Assembly: GCA_000967895.1 (NCBI GenBank)
Contig: FO203512.1
Coordinates: 537,582 to 569,581, forward strand
Source of the DNA: Oleispira antarctica RB-8
GTDB lineage: Bacteria > Pseudomonadota > Gammaproteobacteria > Pseudomonadales > Oceanobacteraceae
Length of the DNA stretch: 32,000 nucleotides
Direction: 5' to 3'
The notes under the pieces are model-generated. The model saw only the letters and a program-made list of their open reading frames with translations. It was not told the DNA's origin and did not search any database. The position numbers and the translations under genes are program-made. Positions 1 through 9,320 of the stretch are shown here, piece by piece (the stretch's first letter is position 1; each line of letters begins with the position of its first letter).

Positions 1-2
1 TC

Positions 3-140
3 ACCCGTCTTGAAGAGCAACGCTCGACCGATTGGATGCAGTATCAATCATTAACGGACTTTCTGGACGCCGATGATAAGAGCAAAACAGCGGAAGGCTA
101 CCCAGCGCCTTTGCGGGCAACGCTGATTGCTGAGGCTTAG
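3..140 (+). CDS. C-terminal end of a protein truncated by the window start (...[45 protein letters not shown]); function unknown
   Basis: Open frame from base 3 to TAG at 138-140; no start codon in the window. Confidence 0.55.
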   Translation, partial: TRLEEQRSTDWMQYQSLTDFLDADDKSKTAEGYPAPLRATLIAEA

Positions 141-264
141 AATCATTTAAATGAACTATTTATAGAATAAATCACTGTCAAATTGTTCGAATCTGTCATT
201 ACTGACTACACTCAATGAGCGTATAAAAATTTTAGCGTCGTTAATAACAGATGAAGAGTAAGTT

Positions 265-744
265 ATGTCAGAAGCTGAACAATTAAGTGATGAGCAGCGT
301 CTTAGCCTTTTAGAGGGTAAAGTCGGTAAAAATAGAACAGTGATCACCATTGTTGCAATTACTATGGTGATCATCTTGTCGGTGTCTTTCACGGTTTTAC
401 TTCTTAAATTACTACGTGCTGACTCGCCTTATGTCACAACGGCTGCTTTTGAAGAGCAAAAGGTTGTTATACAGACATTACGCACAGAGCTAGAAAAGCA
501 GAAAAGTAAGGTCAGTACGTTGACTCTTACTTACCAGCAAAGCGAAGTAGCGACGTTCCAGCAAACCATGATTGAGCAAGAGCAGAGCTACCAAGCGTTT
601 TTCGCGACTTTAAAATTGGGTATGTTTGATCTCGCGAAAATGGTGCAAGGCTCACGTACTTGGCTGGATGTTTATAACGAAAAAATAGATGATGCCAAAT
701 ATTTGAGTCAGCAACGAGAGAAGAAGCTTCAGCGCTTAAAGTAG
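265..744 (+). CDS. Hypothetical single-TM protein with a C-terminal coiled coil
   Basis: 159-aa ORF; hydrophobic segment TVITIVAITMVIILSVSFTVLLL followed by a Lys/Glu/Gln-rich coiled-coil-like region; GAAG purine-rich stretch upstream of the ATG. Confidence 0.7.
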   Translation: MSEAEQLSDEQRLSLLEGKVGKNRTVITIVAITMVIILSVSFTVLLLKLLRADSPYVTTAAFEEQKVVIQTLRTELEKQKSKVSTLTLTYQQSEVATFQQTMIEQEQSYQAFFATLKLGMFDLAKMVQGSRTWLDVYNEKIDDAKYLSQQREKKLQRLK

Positions 745-763
745 AGCGTTTGAAATAACACGC

Positions 764-1078
764 TTATTCTATCCAAACTTCACGCACTGGCTCACCAAAA
801 TCGTCATAGATTATCTTCTTTCTAGGACGATTGCTTTTGGCTGGAGATGCTGGAGTTTCTGATTTTTTACGCTCATCAACTGCTTTTAACTCGTCTAAAA
901 GCGGTGTTCTCTTCTGTTTTCCTTGTTCGAAACCGCTACTGCGATCGTCAATCTTGCCATTAATCAAACCACTTTCTCCGCGCTGAAACTCACGCACTTC
1001 TCCACCCTTGTTAAGGTATTGGTCAACCTCGTTATTCATTTGCTGGCGGATTTCGCGCTTGGTTGGGCGTTTATTCAT
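764..1078 (-). CDS. Hypothetical small charged protein (KREIRQQMNNEVDQYLNKGGEVREF...)
   Basis: 104-aa ORF; charged, probably partly disordered; no strong family assignment. Confidence 0.65.
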   Translation of the reverse strand: MNKRPTKREIRQQMNNEVDQYLNKGGEVREFQRGESGLINGKIDDRSSGFEQGKQKRTPLLDELKAVDERKKSETPASPAKSNRPRKKIIYDDFGEPVREVWIE

Positions 1079-1233
1079 GGATAATGGTCATGATAGTAAT
1101 CATAGAGGTATCGACAGTTCGTTTTTCATTATGGGTGGTGAAAGTATAGATGGCAAAACTCACTCTACCACTTGATGCCTAATCTTGTTAGTTTAACGTA
1201 TATTAATCCATTCATGTTATACGAGAATTCTAA

Positions 1234-1554
1234 ATGAAAAACGATCGTTATTTACCTCAGGCCTTGCGTAAGCTTGCATTAGTCGTGGTGAGTATTTTTA
1301 TAATGACAGCCTGTACAGAAGAGACAATGAATAAGTGGTCACGTCAGGCAGATAATTTTTTAGGTGAAGATTTAACAGTATCGTATGTTGATGGCGGTAA
1401 AGTTGTTAAATCGTGGACGGTAAAAGACGGAAAGATCACGACAGGGCGCGACGATCAAGGCCGAGCCATTGGTTATTATTATTTTTGGAGTATTGAAACG
1501 GGCTATGTTCAGTTGCCAATTGAACGAACCTTGATTGAAGAGATCAGAAAGTAA
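1234..1554 (+). CDS. Small putative lipoprotein
   Basis: 106-aa ORF; hydrophobic N-terminus ending at a Cys (VVVSIFIMTAC). Confidence 0.75.
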   Translation: MKNDRYLPQALRKLALVVVSIFIMTACTEETMNKWSRQADNFLGEDLTVSYVDGGKVVKSWTVKDGKITTGRDDQGRAIGYYYFWSIETGYVQLPIERTLIEEIRK

Positions 1555-1632
1555 GCACGACTAGTCACTCGTTGATATTCGTCATTTTATAGAATTGACA
1601 TCTGTCATCTACTAATAATAAAAAGATAAAGC

Positions 1633-3000
1633 ATGAAAGAGACGTTACAGAAAATAATACAACCTTATGCTGCTCGTTTAATCTCCAGTAATAGGCTGTT
1701 AACGTTCAAGCGTCAGTTGCAAGAAGCGAAACGCAAGCTGCTTGGGCGTTCGCATCATATTGATGTTTATCTGCGTATTAATGACCCTTACAGTTATTTG
1801 TTGGTACAGGTCTTAGCGGATTTTGAGCAACGTTTTGATGTCGGTATTCAATTTAAGACCATCTTAAACCTACAGCAGGATATGTATCCCGAAGAAACTA
1901 TGTGGCATGACAATGGTTTCTTGGATGCGACCCATCTTGCAGATTTGTACAAGCTTGAATGGCCTGATAAAGCACCTGAAACAACAAGTGAAGAAGAGTT
2001 GAGTAAAGTAGGGCAAGGTACTTTATTGTTGTTACAGCTTGAAAGCTCAGGCGAACGCCCGAGTGACTGGGCTGCGGTTGAGAAAATATTTAAGCGCTAT
2101 TGGTTTCAGCAGCCTTTTGAATCTTTACCTGAGAGCGCGTTAACAGCTAATAAGCTAAGTGCTAATTCATTAAATGATCTTGCTTGCTCGCAGCAACTGC
2201 TGGCGAATGAGCAAGCCTTGGCTATTAAAGGCCATTATATGAGTGCAATGCTTAATTATGCCGGAGAGTGGTATTGGGGGCTCGATCGGTTAGATCATTT
2301 GGAAAAGCGTTTATTGCAGCTGGGCTTAGGGAATGGAAGTGAGGTTCTTTTTGATAAAACGTATCGTGACTTCTGTAAGACAGCACCTTTACTCGCTGCA
2401 AGTTCTCAGCATAAAAAATTGACGTTATATTTTTCTATTCGCAGTCCTTATTCTCACCTGGGCTTAAAGCAGGCAATTAAGCTGGCTCAGCATTATCAAT
2501 TAACATTTGAGGTTAAGCCCGTTCTGCCTATGGTGATGCGTGGATTACGAGTACCTGATACAAAAAAAATGTATATCTTTTATGATACCAAGCGTGAAGC
2601 CGAAAAATTGGGCATCGATTATGGTTTTGTAGCAGATCCTTTGGGTGAGGGTGTTAATCGCTGCTACTCATTATTTAAATATGCGCAATCGTGCAACAAA
2701 GAAACGGAGTATTTACTGAATTATGCTGAGGCCGTTAATGCCCAAGGCATTCGCTCCGAAACCGATGCGGGATTGAAACATATTGTTGAGCGCTCTGGGT
2801 TAGATTGGGATCATGCTAAGCCGTTATTAGTGCAGGATAATCGAGATCAGCAGTGGCAAGCTTGGGCAGAAGAAAATCGACAAGAAATGGTGGCATTAGG
2901 CTCTTGGGGTGTACCCACATTTCAATATGGCGACCTAGTATTGTGGGGGCAAGATAGGGCAGGCTTAATTGAACGAGCCGTTATACAGGACTTTTTATGA
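1633..3000 (+). CDS. Tandem DsbA-fold / 2-hydroxychromene-2-carboxylate isomerase-like (kappa-GST-like) protein
   Basis: 455-aa ORF with two related strand-helix starts: IDVYLRINDPYSYLLVQVLADF and LTLYFSIRSPYSHLGLKQAIKLA. The C-terminal half has GSWGVPTFQYGDLVLWGQDR, typical of HCCA isomerase/DsbA-like proteins. Confidence 0.75.
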   Translation: MKETLQKIIQPYAARLISSNRLLTFKRQLQEAKRKLLGRSHHIDVYLRINDPYSYLLVQVLADFEQRFDVGIQFKTILNLQQDMYPEETMWHDNGFLDATHLADLYKLEWPDKAPETTSEEELSKVGQGTLLLLQLESSGERPSDWAAVEKIFKRYWFQQPFESLPESALTANKLSANSLNDLACSQQLLANEQALAIKGHYMSAMLNYAGEWYWGLDRLDHLEKRLLQLGLGNGSEVLFDKTYRDFCKTAPLLAASSQHKKLTLYFSIRSPYSHLGLKQAIKLAQHYQLTFEVKPVLPMVMRGLRVPDTKKMYIFYDTKREAEKLGIDYGFVADPLGEGVNRCYSLFKYAQSCNKETEYLLNYAEAVNAQGIRSETDAGLKHIVERSGLDWDHAKPLLVQDNRDQQWQAWAEENRQEMVALGSWGVPTFQYGDLVLWGQDRAGLIERAVIQDFL

Positions 3001-3198
3001 GTGTTGAGTTTATTTTTAATTATTGATCAATAAATGAACTGTTTTGAGTGAAGAAAAGTCATTAATTGCGCCAGAAGAAAAAATTCATCAATGAATCTAT
3101 CTTTGTTTTAACAATCTGACATAAAACTCCATTACACTACGGCTCGCATTCAGTAGAATGCTTGGCTTATTGTGTGAAAATAATTAAAAGAGATAATT

Positions 3199-3966
3199 TT
3201 GAAGGTACTCTTGTCTGCTATATGGTCCGCTAAATGGTATTTATTAATCGGACTGTTCAGTTTTATTATATTTTTGGGAATGACGGCTCCATTGGCGTTT
3301 ATATGGCCTAAGGTTCAGCCTCATTTAGGACGCTTACCTGTTCAGGTCGAATTGGTCAGTGGTACCCTCTGGCAAGGCCAGGCGCGTGTGAATATTCCTA
3401 ATGTCGGTAAGGTTACTGGAAAGTGGGATATTCAATTGAGCGAGTTACTTGCTGGGCAACTTGCGGCAAATGTGAATATTTCAGGTGATGAGCTTAAGTT
3501 TAAGGGGCTCGTTCGTGGCAGTGCCGATCAAGTTGAAGTGATTGAAAGTGAAGCGTTTATGTCTTCACGCTATTTAGCGCCCTTATTACGACAAGGAAAT
3601 TCATCGTTGATCGGTGATTTTGAATTAAATAAATTTAATGCGCTTTTTTCTGTGAGCGATAAGCAGATATTAGCCGCTGATGGTCGACTGCTTTTTAGTG
3701 GTGGCGATGTTAGCTTTCCCCTTGATGGTAAAAAGATTAGTGCCACATTACCTATTTTGGTGGGGGTGATTAAAAAGCCTGCTGAGAATGTTGAATTGGT
3801 TATTACCAATACGGATGGTCAAGATATTGGTCGAGGATATGTACAGCCTGATGGCTGGGCGGGAATTGGTATTCGTCGTCGTTTCTTAGATATTTTAGGG
3901 TTACAGTGGCCTGCTGAAGTCGATGCAGAAAAAGTTATATTTGAAGCTTCCCAAAAGCTGTTATGA
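3199..3966 (+). CDS. gspN: Type II secretion system protein N
   Basis: 255-aa ORF, TTG start; N-terminal TM, LVSGTLWQGQARV...GKWDIQLSELLAGQLAANVNISGDELKFKG GspN-like pattern; directly upstream of gspC/gspD. Confidence 0.85.
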   Translation: MKVLLSAIWSAKWYLLIGLFSFIIFLGMTAPLAFIWPKVQPHLGRLPVQVELVSGTLWQGQARVNIPNVGKVTGKWDIQLSELLAGQLAANVNISGDELKFKGLVRGSADQVEVIESEAFMSSRYLAPLLRQGNSSLIGDFELNKFNALFSVSDKQILAADGRLLFSGGDVSFPLDGKKISATLPILVGVIKKPAENVELVITNTDGQDIGRGYVQPDGWAGIGIRRRFLDILGLQWPAEVDAEKVIFEASQKLL

Positions 3967-4044
3967 CCTCAATCAGAAAATAGACAAAGATTATACAAAG
4001 ACTATGGAAAGAAACATGAAACAGTTGGCAGTCAGGAGTGCAGA

Positions 4045-4914
4045 GTGACTGAACAAACAATCGTTATTTTGCCTTGGCAACGACTGGTTTTAATTTTAGG
4101 TAAGCTTACTTTTACCGTGTTAATCTCTAGCCAATTAGCCATTTTTACGTGGATGATATTAGCGCCTAGTTCCTTAGTATTGTCAGAACCAAGTCGCGCA
4201 CAAGGTGCCGCCGCAGTTATTCAAAATCAAAGTATTGCAGATATGCATATCTTTGGTGATGCGGTTGTGGAAGTGATGGAAGTTCCTAAAGAAGTAAATG
4301 CCCCTAAAACTCGTTTACGCCTAGAGTTGTTGGGAATTATGGCTGCAAGTATTGCAGAAAATTCTAGTGCGATCATTGCCCCGAAGGGCGGTGCAGGTGA
4401 AAATTACCGTATCGGAGATGTGGTTCAAGGCCGTACAAAGCTGGCAGCCGTGCAGCAAGATCAAGTGATCTTGGACAGTAATGGTAAGTTAGAAGCGCTG
4501 AAATTTGATCTAACCGACAAACAAGGCATTCAACAGTCCGCTAAGCCAACCCCCGCGCAAAGAAGAGCGCAAGCCGGTGGTACATTAAAAGAAAGATTCA
4601 GTCATATTCGCACTGCCTCAGATGCGGTAAGCCTATTAAGAGATGAGGTGGCTAATAATCCAGCGGGCGCCCTCAAGCAAATGGGGTTAGAAGTTGCGGG
4701 TAATGGCTCAGGCTATAAAGTTTCGAATTCGGGTTCAATGCTAACGCAGTTAGGCTTGCAACCGGGTGATGTGATTTTGTCTGTCAATGGACAGACATTG
4801 GGCAATTTAAATGATGATCAGATGTTATTAGAACAAGTGACTAATAGCGGTCAAGCGCGTTTGGAAATACAGCGTGGCAATCGTCGTTTTGTCGTTAACC
4901 ATACCATTAAATAA
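4045..4914 (+). CDS. gspC: Type II secretion system protein C with a C-terminal PDZ domain
   Basis: 289-aa ORF; N-terminal TM, LRLELLGIMAA homology region and PDZ motif LTQLGLQPGDVILSVNGQTL; adjacent to gspD. Confidence 0.93.
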   Translation: MTEQTIVILPWQRLVLILGKLTFTVLISSQLAIFTWMILAPSSLVLSEPSRAQGAAAVIQNQSIADMHIFGDAVVEVMEVPKEVNAPKTRLRLELLGIMAASIAENSSAIIAPKGGAGENYRIGDVVQGRTKLAAVQQDQVILDSNGKLEALKFDLTDKQGIQQSAKPTPAQRRAQAGGTLKERFSHIRTASDAVSLLRDEVANNPAGALKQMGLEVAGNGSGYKVSNSGSMLTQLGLQPGDVILSVNGQTLGNLNDDQMLLEQVTNSGQARLEIQRGNRRFVVNHTIK

Positions 4915-4925
4915 GGACTTAATCG

Positions 4926-6830
4926 GTGTTTAAGCGTTTTTGTAAAATTGCACTGTTGGCTATGACTATTGCCATCAGTATTCCTGCGTTGACTGTTCAT
5001 GCAGAAGATCAGAACTGGCAAGTAAATCTTAAAGATGCCGATATATCGGCGTTCATTGGACAGATTGCTGATATCACTGGTAAGAGCTTTGTTATTGACC
5101 CTAGGGTCAAAGGTAAGGTAACGGTGGTTTCAACTGAAACCATGAATACCGAAGCCGTTTATGAACTTTTCTTATCGGTGTTAAAAGTCCACGGCTATGC
5201 GGCGGTGCCAGCGGGTGATGTTGTCATGGTCGTGCAGCAAAACTCGGTTAAGCAGCAAGGTCGAGATTTAGAAGAGAAGTTCAAAAAACAAAGCCAAGAA
5301 ATGGTCACAAAAGTGATCATGATTAAAAATACACCGGCTTTGGATTTAGTGCCTATCTTGCGCCCGCTGGTGGCTAAATATGGCCACCTCGCGGGGGTGA
5401 AATCTGCCAATGCATTGATCATTTCCGATCATGCTTCAAACATCAATCGTATTGAACAGATTATCGATCGTCTTGATAAGTCTGGCTCTGAAGAGTTAGA
5501 AGTTATTCAATTGAAAGAAGCATGGGTTGGGAACGTTGTGACTATGTTGCAAAGTCTAGATCCCGATAAAGTGGCTCAAGGTAAAGGCTCTTCGAGTGGT
5601 GGTGCTGGTAGTATTCGAGTGGTTGCCGATGAGCGCAGCAATCGATTAATTATTAAGGGTGAGAAGACATCGCGAGAACGTATTCGTATATTGATTCAAC
5701 AGCTAGATAAGCCTTCTTATTTCTCAGGTAGCACCAAGGTTATTCGCTTGAAATACGCGGATGCCAAGAAGTTAGCAGAATTATTGAAAGGGGTTATGTC
5801 AGAATCGGACTCCGGTAGTAAAGATGCCAATAAAGCGAAAGGCAAAGCGAGTATTCATGCTGATGAAGAACTGAACGCTCTTGTGGTACGTGCTGAACCT
5901 TCTATTTTAAAAGAAATTGATGAAATTATTCATGAGCTGGATGTTCGTCGAGCTCAGGTACTAATTGAATCAGCTATTGTTGAAGTGACGGGTGAGGTGA
6001 GCGACTCTTTAGGTTTCCAATGGGCCTTGGGTGATACCGATAACCCTGTTGCGGGTACAAACTTTGGTAATGCTGGGCAGTCTTTATCAACGCTTGCCGC
6101 AGGTGTAGCGTCAGGCACTCCGACCTTGAGTAACGGTTTAACGTTAGGTGGCTTTAAAGAAACGAATGGTCAGGTAGATTTTGGTGTCATTCTACAAGCG
6201 TTAGAAAGTCAGAGTAATACTAACTTACTATCGACTCCTAGTATTATGACGCTTGATAACCAAGAAGCAGAAATTATTGTGGGCCAGAATGTTCCTTTCT
6301 TAACAGGTTCTACTTCGTCAAGTGCGAACAGCAATCCGTTTACCACCATTTCACGTGAAGATATTGGTGTAACGCTGAAAATTAAGCCGCATATCCATGA
6401 AGGTAATGAATTGCGTCTAGAGGTCGAGGTAAGCGCTGAGTCTGTGGCTAATACCACCGTTCAGGGACAGGCGGATTTGATTACCAATAAGCGTTCATTG
6501 AAAACAATGATTTTAGCCGCTGATGAAGAAACAATTGTATTAGGTGGTTTGATCAGTGACGACATTGTTGAAACAGAAAGTAAGGTTCCGCTGTTGGGTG
6601 ACATACCATTATTAGGTTGGTTATTTAAAAGTAAAAGTACACAACATGTGAAGCGTAATTTGATGGTTTTTTTACGCCCAACGATTGTATTGGATAAGCA
6701 AAAAGCGACGACTTTAACTCAAGACAAATACAATGGTGTTTGGGAGTTTGATTTGTCAGGTGATTTAGAAGTGGATGATGTGAATAGACGCATGAGTCGT
6801 TTATTTAAAGGTGTTCAACTGAGTAACTAA
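4926..6830 (+). CDS. gspD: Type II secretion system secretin
   Basis: 634-aa ORF; signal peptide, VNLKDADISAFIGQIADITGKSFVIDPRVKGKVTV, repeated N domains, and secretin core (VGQNVPFLTGS; IVLGGLISDD; KVPLLGDIPLLGWLF). Confidence 0.98.
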   Translation: MFKRFCKIALLAMTIAISIPALTVHAEDQNWQVNLKDADISAFIGQIADITGKSFVIDPRVKGKVTVVSTETMNTEAVYELFLSVLKVHGYAAVPAGDVVMVVQQNSVKQQGRDLEEKFKKQSQEMVTKVIMIKNTPALDLVPILRPLVAKYGHLAGVKSANALIISDHASNINRIEQIIDRLDKSGSEELEVIQLKEAWVGNVVTMLQSLDPDKVAQGKGSSSGGAGSIRVVADERSNRLIIKGEKTSRERIRILIQQLDKPSYFSGSTKVIRLKYADAKKLAELLKGVMSESDSGSKDANKAKGKASIHADEELNALVVRAEPSILKEIDEIIHELDVRRAQVLIESAIVEVTGEVSDSLGFQWALGDTDNPVAGTNFGNAGQSLSTLAAGVASGTPTLSNGLTLGGFKETNGQVDFGVILQALESQSNTNLLSTPSIMTLDNQEAEIIVGQNVPFLTGSTSSSANSNPFTTISREDIGVTLKIKPHIHEGNELRLEVEVSAESVANTTVQGQADLITNKRSLKTMILAADEETIVLGGLISDDIVETESKVPLLGDIPLLGWLFKSKSTQHVKRNLMVFLRPTIVLDKQKATTLTQDKYNGVWEFDLSGDLEVDDVNRRMSRLFKGVQLSN

Positions 6831-6868
6831 TCGCTTGAATTATCTTAAGTTAACGTTAAACAGTGAAT

Positions 6869-6897
6869 AAAAAAGGCCAGCTTAGCTGGCTTTTTTT
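6869..6897 (+). terminator. Rho-independent terminator downstream of gspD
   Basis: GCCAGC(6876-6881)-TTA-GCTGGC(6885-6890) followed by TTTTTTT. Confidence 0.85.
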
Positions 6898-6936
6898 ATG
6901 CCTGTAATTCCGTCTTTAAGGTTAAAAGTTTAATCA

Positions 6937-7530
6937 TCAAAGCACCTGAATATCTTGTTGTTCTAATAAATCGATCAAGGCGATTAATGGTAAACCAATT
7001 AAAGTATTAGGGTCTCGGCCCTCTAAGGCGCTGAATAAACGAATGCCTAAGCCCTCTGATTTAAAACTGCCTGCACAATCTAATGGCATTTCTTGTTCTA
7101 TATAGCGTTCAATTTGCGGCCGTGTTAGCGTGCGAAAATGAACACTAAACGGTTCTACTAGGCTATGGCATTGTTGATTGTCGCTATTGTAAACACACAG
7201 TCCTGTTAAAAAAGTAACGTGCTGACCACTGGCTTGGCTAAGTTGTTGAATCGCGTTCTCAACCGTATGAGGCTTGCCTAAAATCTGCTGCTGGCCATTC
7301 ACCTCTAATACCGCACATTGGTCGCTACCAATAATAATATGATGCGGATATTCCATTTTCAACGCTTTGGCTTTTTCAATGGCCAGGCGTTGTACATAAT
7401 CACTGGGCTGTTCGCTGGGTAATATTGACTCGTCGATATCGGGACTGGCGCAAATAAACGGTAGCTGTAACTTTTCTAATAACTGTTTGCGGTAGACAGA
7501 GCTGGAAGCGAGTAAAAGCGGTAATGACAT
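6937..7530 (-). CDS. Maf family nucleotide pyrophosphatase (YceF-like)
   Basis: 197-aa ORF starting MSLPLLLASSSVYRKQLLEKLQLPF; GSDQ motif and C-terminal GLPLIALIDLL typical of Maf proteins. Confidence 0.93.
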   Translation of the reverse strand: MSLPLLLASSSVYRKQLLEKLQLPFICASPDIDESILPSEQPSDYVQRLAIEKAKALKMEYPHHIIIGSDQCAVLEVNGQQQILGKPHTVENAIQQLSQASGQHVTFLTGLCVYNSDNQQCHSLVEPFSVHFRTLTRPQIERYIEQEMPLDCAGSFKSEGLGIRLFSALEGRDPNTLIGLPLIALIDLLEQQDIQVL

Positions 7531-7570
7531 ACGTTGTGAGCCTTGTGAATAAATCGCCTAAAAATTATGC

Positions 7571-7600
7571 AAAAAAAAGGAGCCGAAGCTCCTTTTTCTT
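7571..7600 (-). terminator. Terminator downstream of sodB (probably bidirectional by symmetry)
   Basis: A-rich tract, GGAGC(7579-7583)-CGAA-GCTCC(7588-7592), T-rich tract. Confidence 0.8.
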
Positions 7601-7629
7601 TTTAGCTACTTATTATAGTAACTGATCAC

Positions 7630-8211
7630 TTACGCTAGGTTAGCGTTAGCGAATTCCCAGTTAACCAATGCCCAGAAACCTTTAAGGTAATCAGGACGTA
7701 CATTGCGGTAATCAATGTAATAAGCGTGTTCCCACAAATCAACAGTGATCAGCGGAGTAATACCTTCTTCTGTGATTGGCGTGCCAGCGTTAGATGTATT
7801 AACGATGTCTAAAGAACCGTCAGCTAGTTGAACCAACCAAGTCCAGCTAGAACCGAAGTTGTTAACCGCTTTGTCGTTCAATTTTTCTTTCATCGCTTCG
7901 AAAGAACCGAAAGAAGCATTGATCGCTTCAGCGATAGCGCCCGTTGGTTCGCCGCCGCCGTTAGGGCTCATGCTGTTCCAGTAGAACGTATGGTTCCAGA
8001 TTTGTGCTGCGTTATTGAAAACAGGACCGGTAGAAGTCTTAACGATTTCTTCTAAAGATTTGTTTTCATCAGCAGTTCCGCCGATAAGACCATTTAACTT
8101 AACTACGTAAGTATTGTGGTGCTTGCCATAGTGAAATGACAATGTTTCTGCAGAAATATGTGGCTCTAATGCATCTTGTGCATAAGGCAATGCTGGTAAT
8201 TCAAACGCCAT
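7630..8211 (-). CDS. sodB: Superoxide dismutase [Fe]
   Basis: 193-aa ORF; [36 protein letters not shown]...[13 protein letters not shown]...[13 protein letters not shown] signatures. Confidence 0.98.
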   Translation of the reverse strand: MAFELPALPYAQDALEPHISAETLSFHYGKHHNTYVVKLNGLIGGTADENKSLEEIVKTSTGPVFNNAAQIWNHTFYWNSMSPNGGGEPTGAIAEAINASFGSFEAMKEKLNDKAVNNFGSSWTWLVQLADGSLDIVNTSNAGTPITEEGITPLITVDLWEHAYYIDYRNVRPDYLKGFWALVNWEFANANLA

Positions 8212-8488
8212 GATTTTCTCTCCAATATTAGCTTGAATGATACGGATAACTGGTAAGGTTCAAATGGGAGTCGAAGCCTTACTTCCGCAATCTGGGGTGA
8301 ATAATAGCACACCTTAAATTATCCGCTACGCATGTAAAATGTGTGGTTTTAGTTTGATCACCTTATCCGTTATACTAGCGCCACTTAAATACCTAAGAAA
8401 ATACCTTAAAAGGCCTGTTTATAAAGCGCTAGGGTGTGAGTACAAGGTACTAATAATCATAATAATGAGCCAGATACTCGGGGCAACT

Positions 8489-9316
8489 ATGTCAAACGAT
8501 CAAGAATCCATACCAAAGATGCAAGCATCACAAGAAGACATGGCGATGCGCCAAAAGCAGTTACAGCAACGTCGTTTAGCAGCGCAGCGTGCAGCAAAGG
8601 CAAATCCATCGGCCGCACAGATAGCGGCACCAGCGCCTAAGCAAACACTTGCTATTATTGCTTTAGTATTGAGTTTGGGGATGGGCGGCTTTGCAGCTTT
8701 TTTGTTTATACAACTACAGGAAGCTAATGCACAGTTGGGGAAAACAGAAGATATTTTAAATGGGCACGCAACCAATTTAGCAGTCTTAAATGATAAATTA
8801 TCGGCTTCCGATGAAAATTCAAATCTATCGGTTGGCGCATTGAAAGTATTATTAAAAGATAACGCCAAAGAAATTCGCAAGCTTTGGGATCTTACGAACA
8901 AAGCGAACAAACCTAACATTGAGAAAAATACTAAAGCGATTTCTAGTGTAAAAGCATCGGTGGTTAAGGTTGATAAAAAAGCGACAGGTATCGATAAAAA
9001 AGTTGTATCGGCCAATAGCAATATTACTGGCAACAAAAACAGCATCGCCGCGCTAAAAACCAGCTTAGCCAATAGCCAAAAATCGTTAGAAACAAAGCTC
9101 GCTGATCTTAAGTCATCCGTTACAGGTTTACCTGAAGCGACTGAAAAGCGTATTGGTAATAATGAGCAGTCAATTCGTTCTATCGATGCGACCCGTAAGA
9201 AGTTAAACAGCTCTATGGCGGAAGTTGAATCTCAGTTTAATGAAATGAAATTAGAAATTGAAGATATTCAAATTCGTTTAGACCGTATGCAAAATGCGAT
9301 GACGGGTACTCTTTAG
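8489..9316 (+). CDS. Hypothetical TM plus coiled-coil protein
   Basis: 275 aa from the internal ATG at 8489 (MSNDQESIPKMQ...); one TM (TLAIIALVLSLGMGGFAAFLFI) and a long periodic coiled-coil region. The track ORF start at 8339 adds an unlikely extension. Confidence 0.75.
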   Translation: MSNDQESIPKMQASQEDMAMRQKQLQQRRLAAQRAAKANPSAAQIAAPAPKQTLAIIALVLSLGMGGFAAFLFIQLQEANAQLGKTEDILNGHATNLAVLNDKLSASDENSNLSVGALKVLLKDNAKEIRKLWDLTNKANKPNIEKNTKAISSVKASVVKVDKKATGIDKKVVSANSNITGNKNSIAALKTSLANSQKSLETKLADLKSSVTGLPEATEKRIGNNEQSIRSIDATRKKLNSSMAEVESQFNEMKLEIEDIQIRLDRMQNAMTGTL

Positions 9317-9320
9317 TTCA

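Noticed and set aside
8500-9072. 190-aa minus-strand ORF opposite the coiled-coil gene
   Set aside because: Cys/Phe-rich composition typical of an antisense frame; the plus-strand reading has a coherent TM plus coiled-coil layout.
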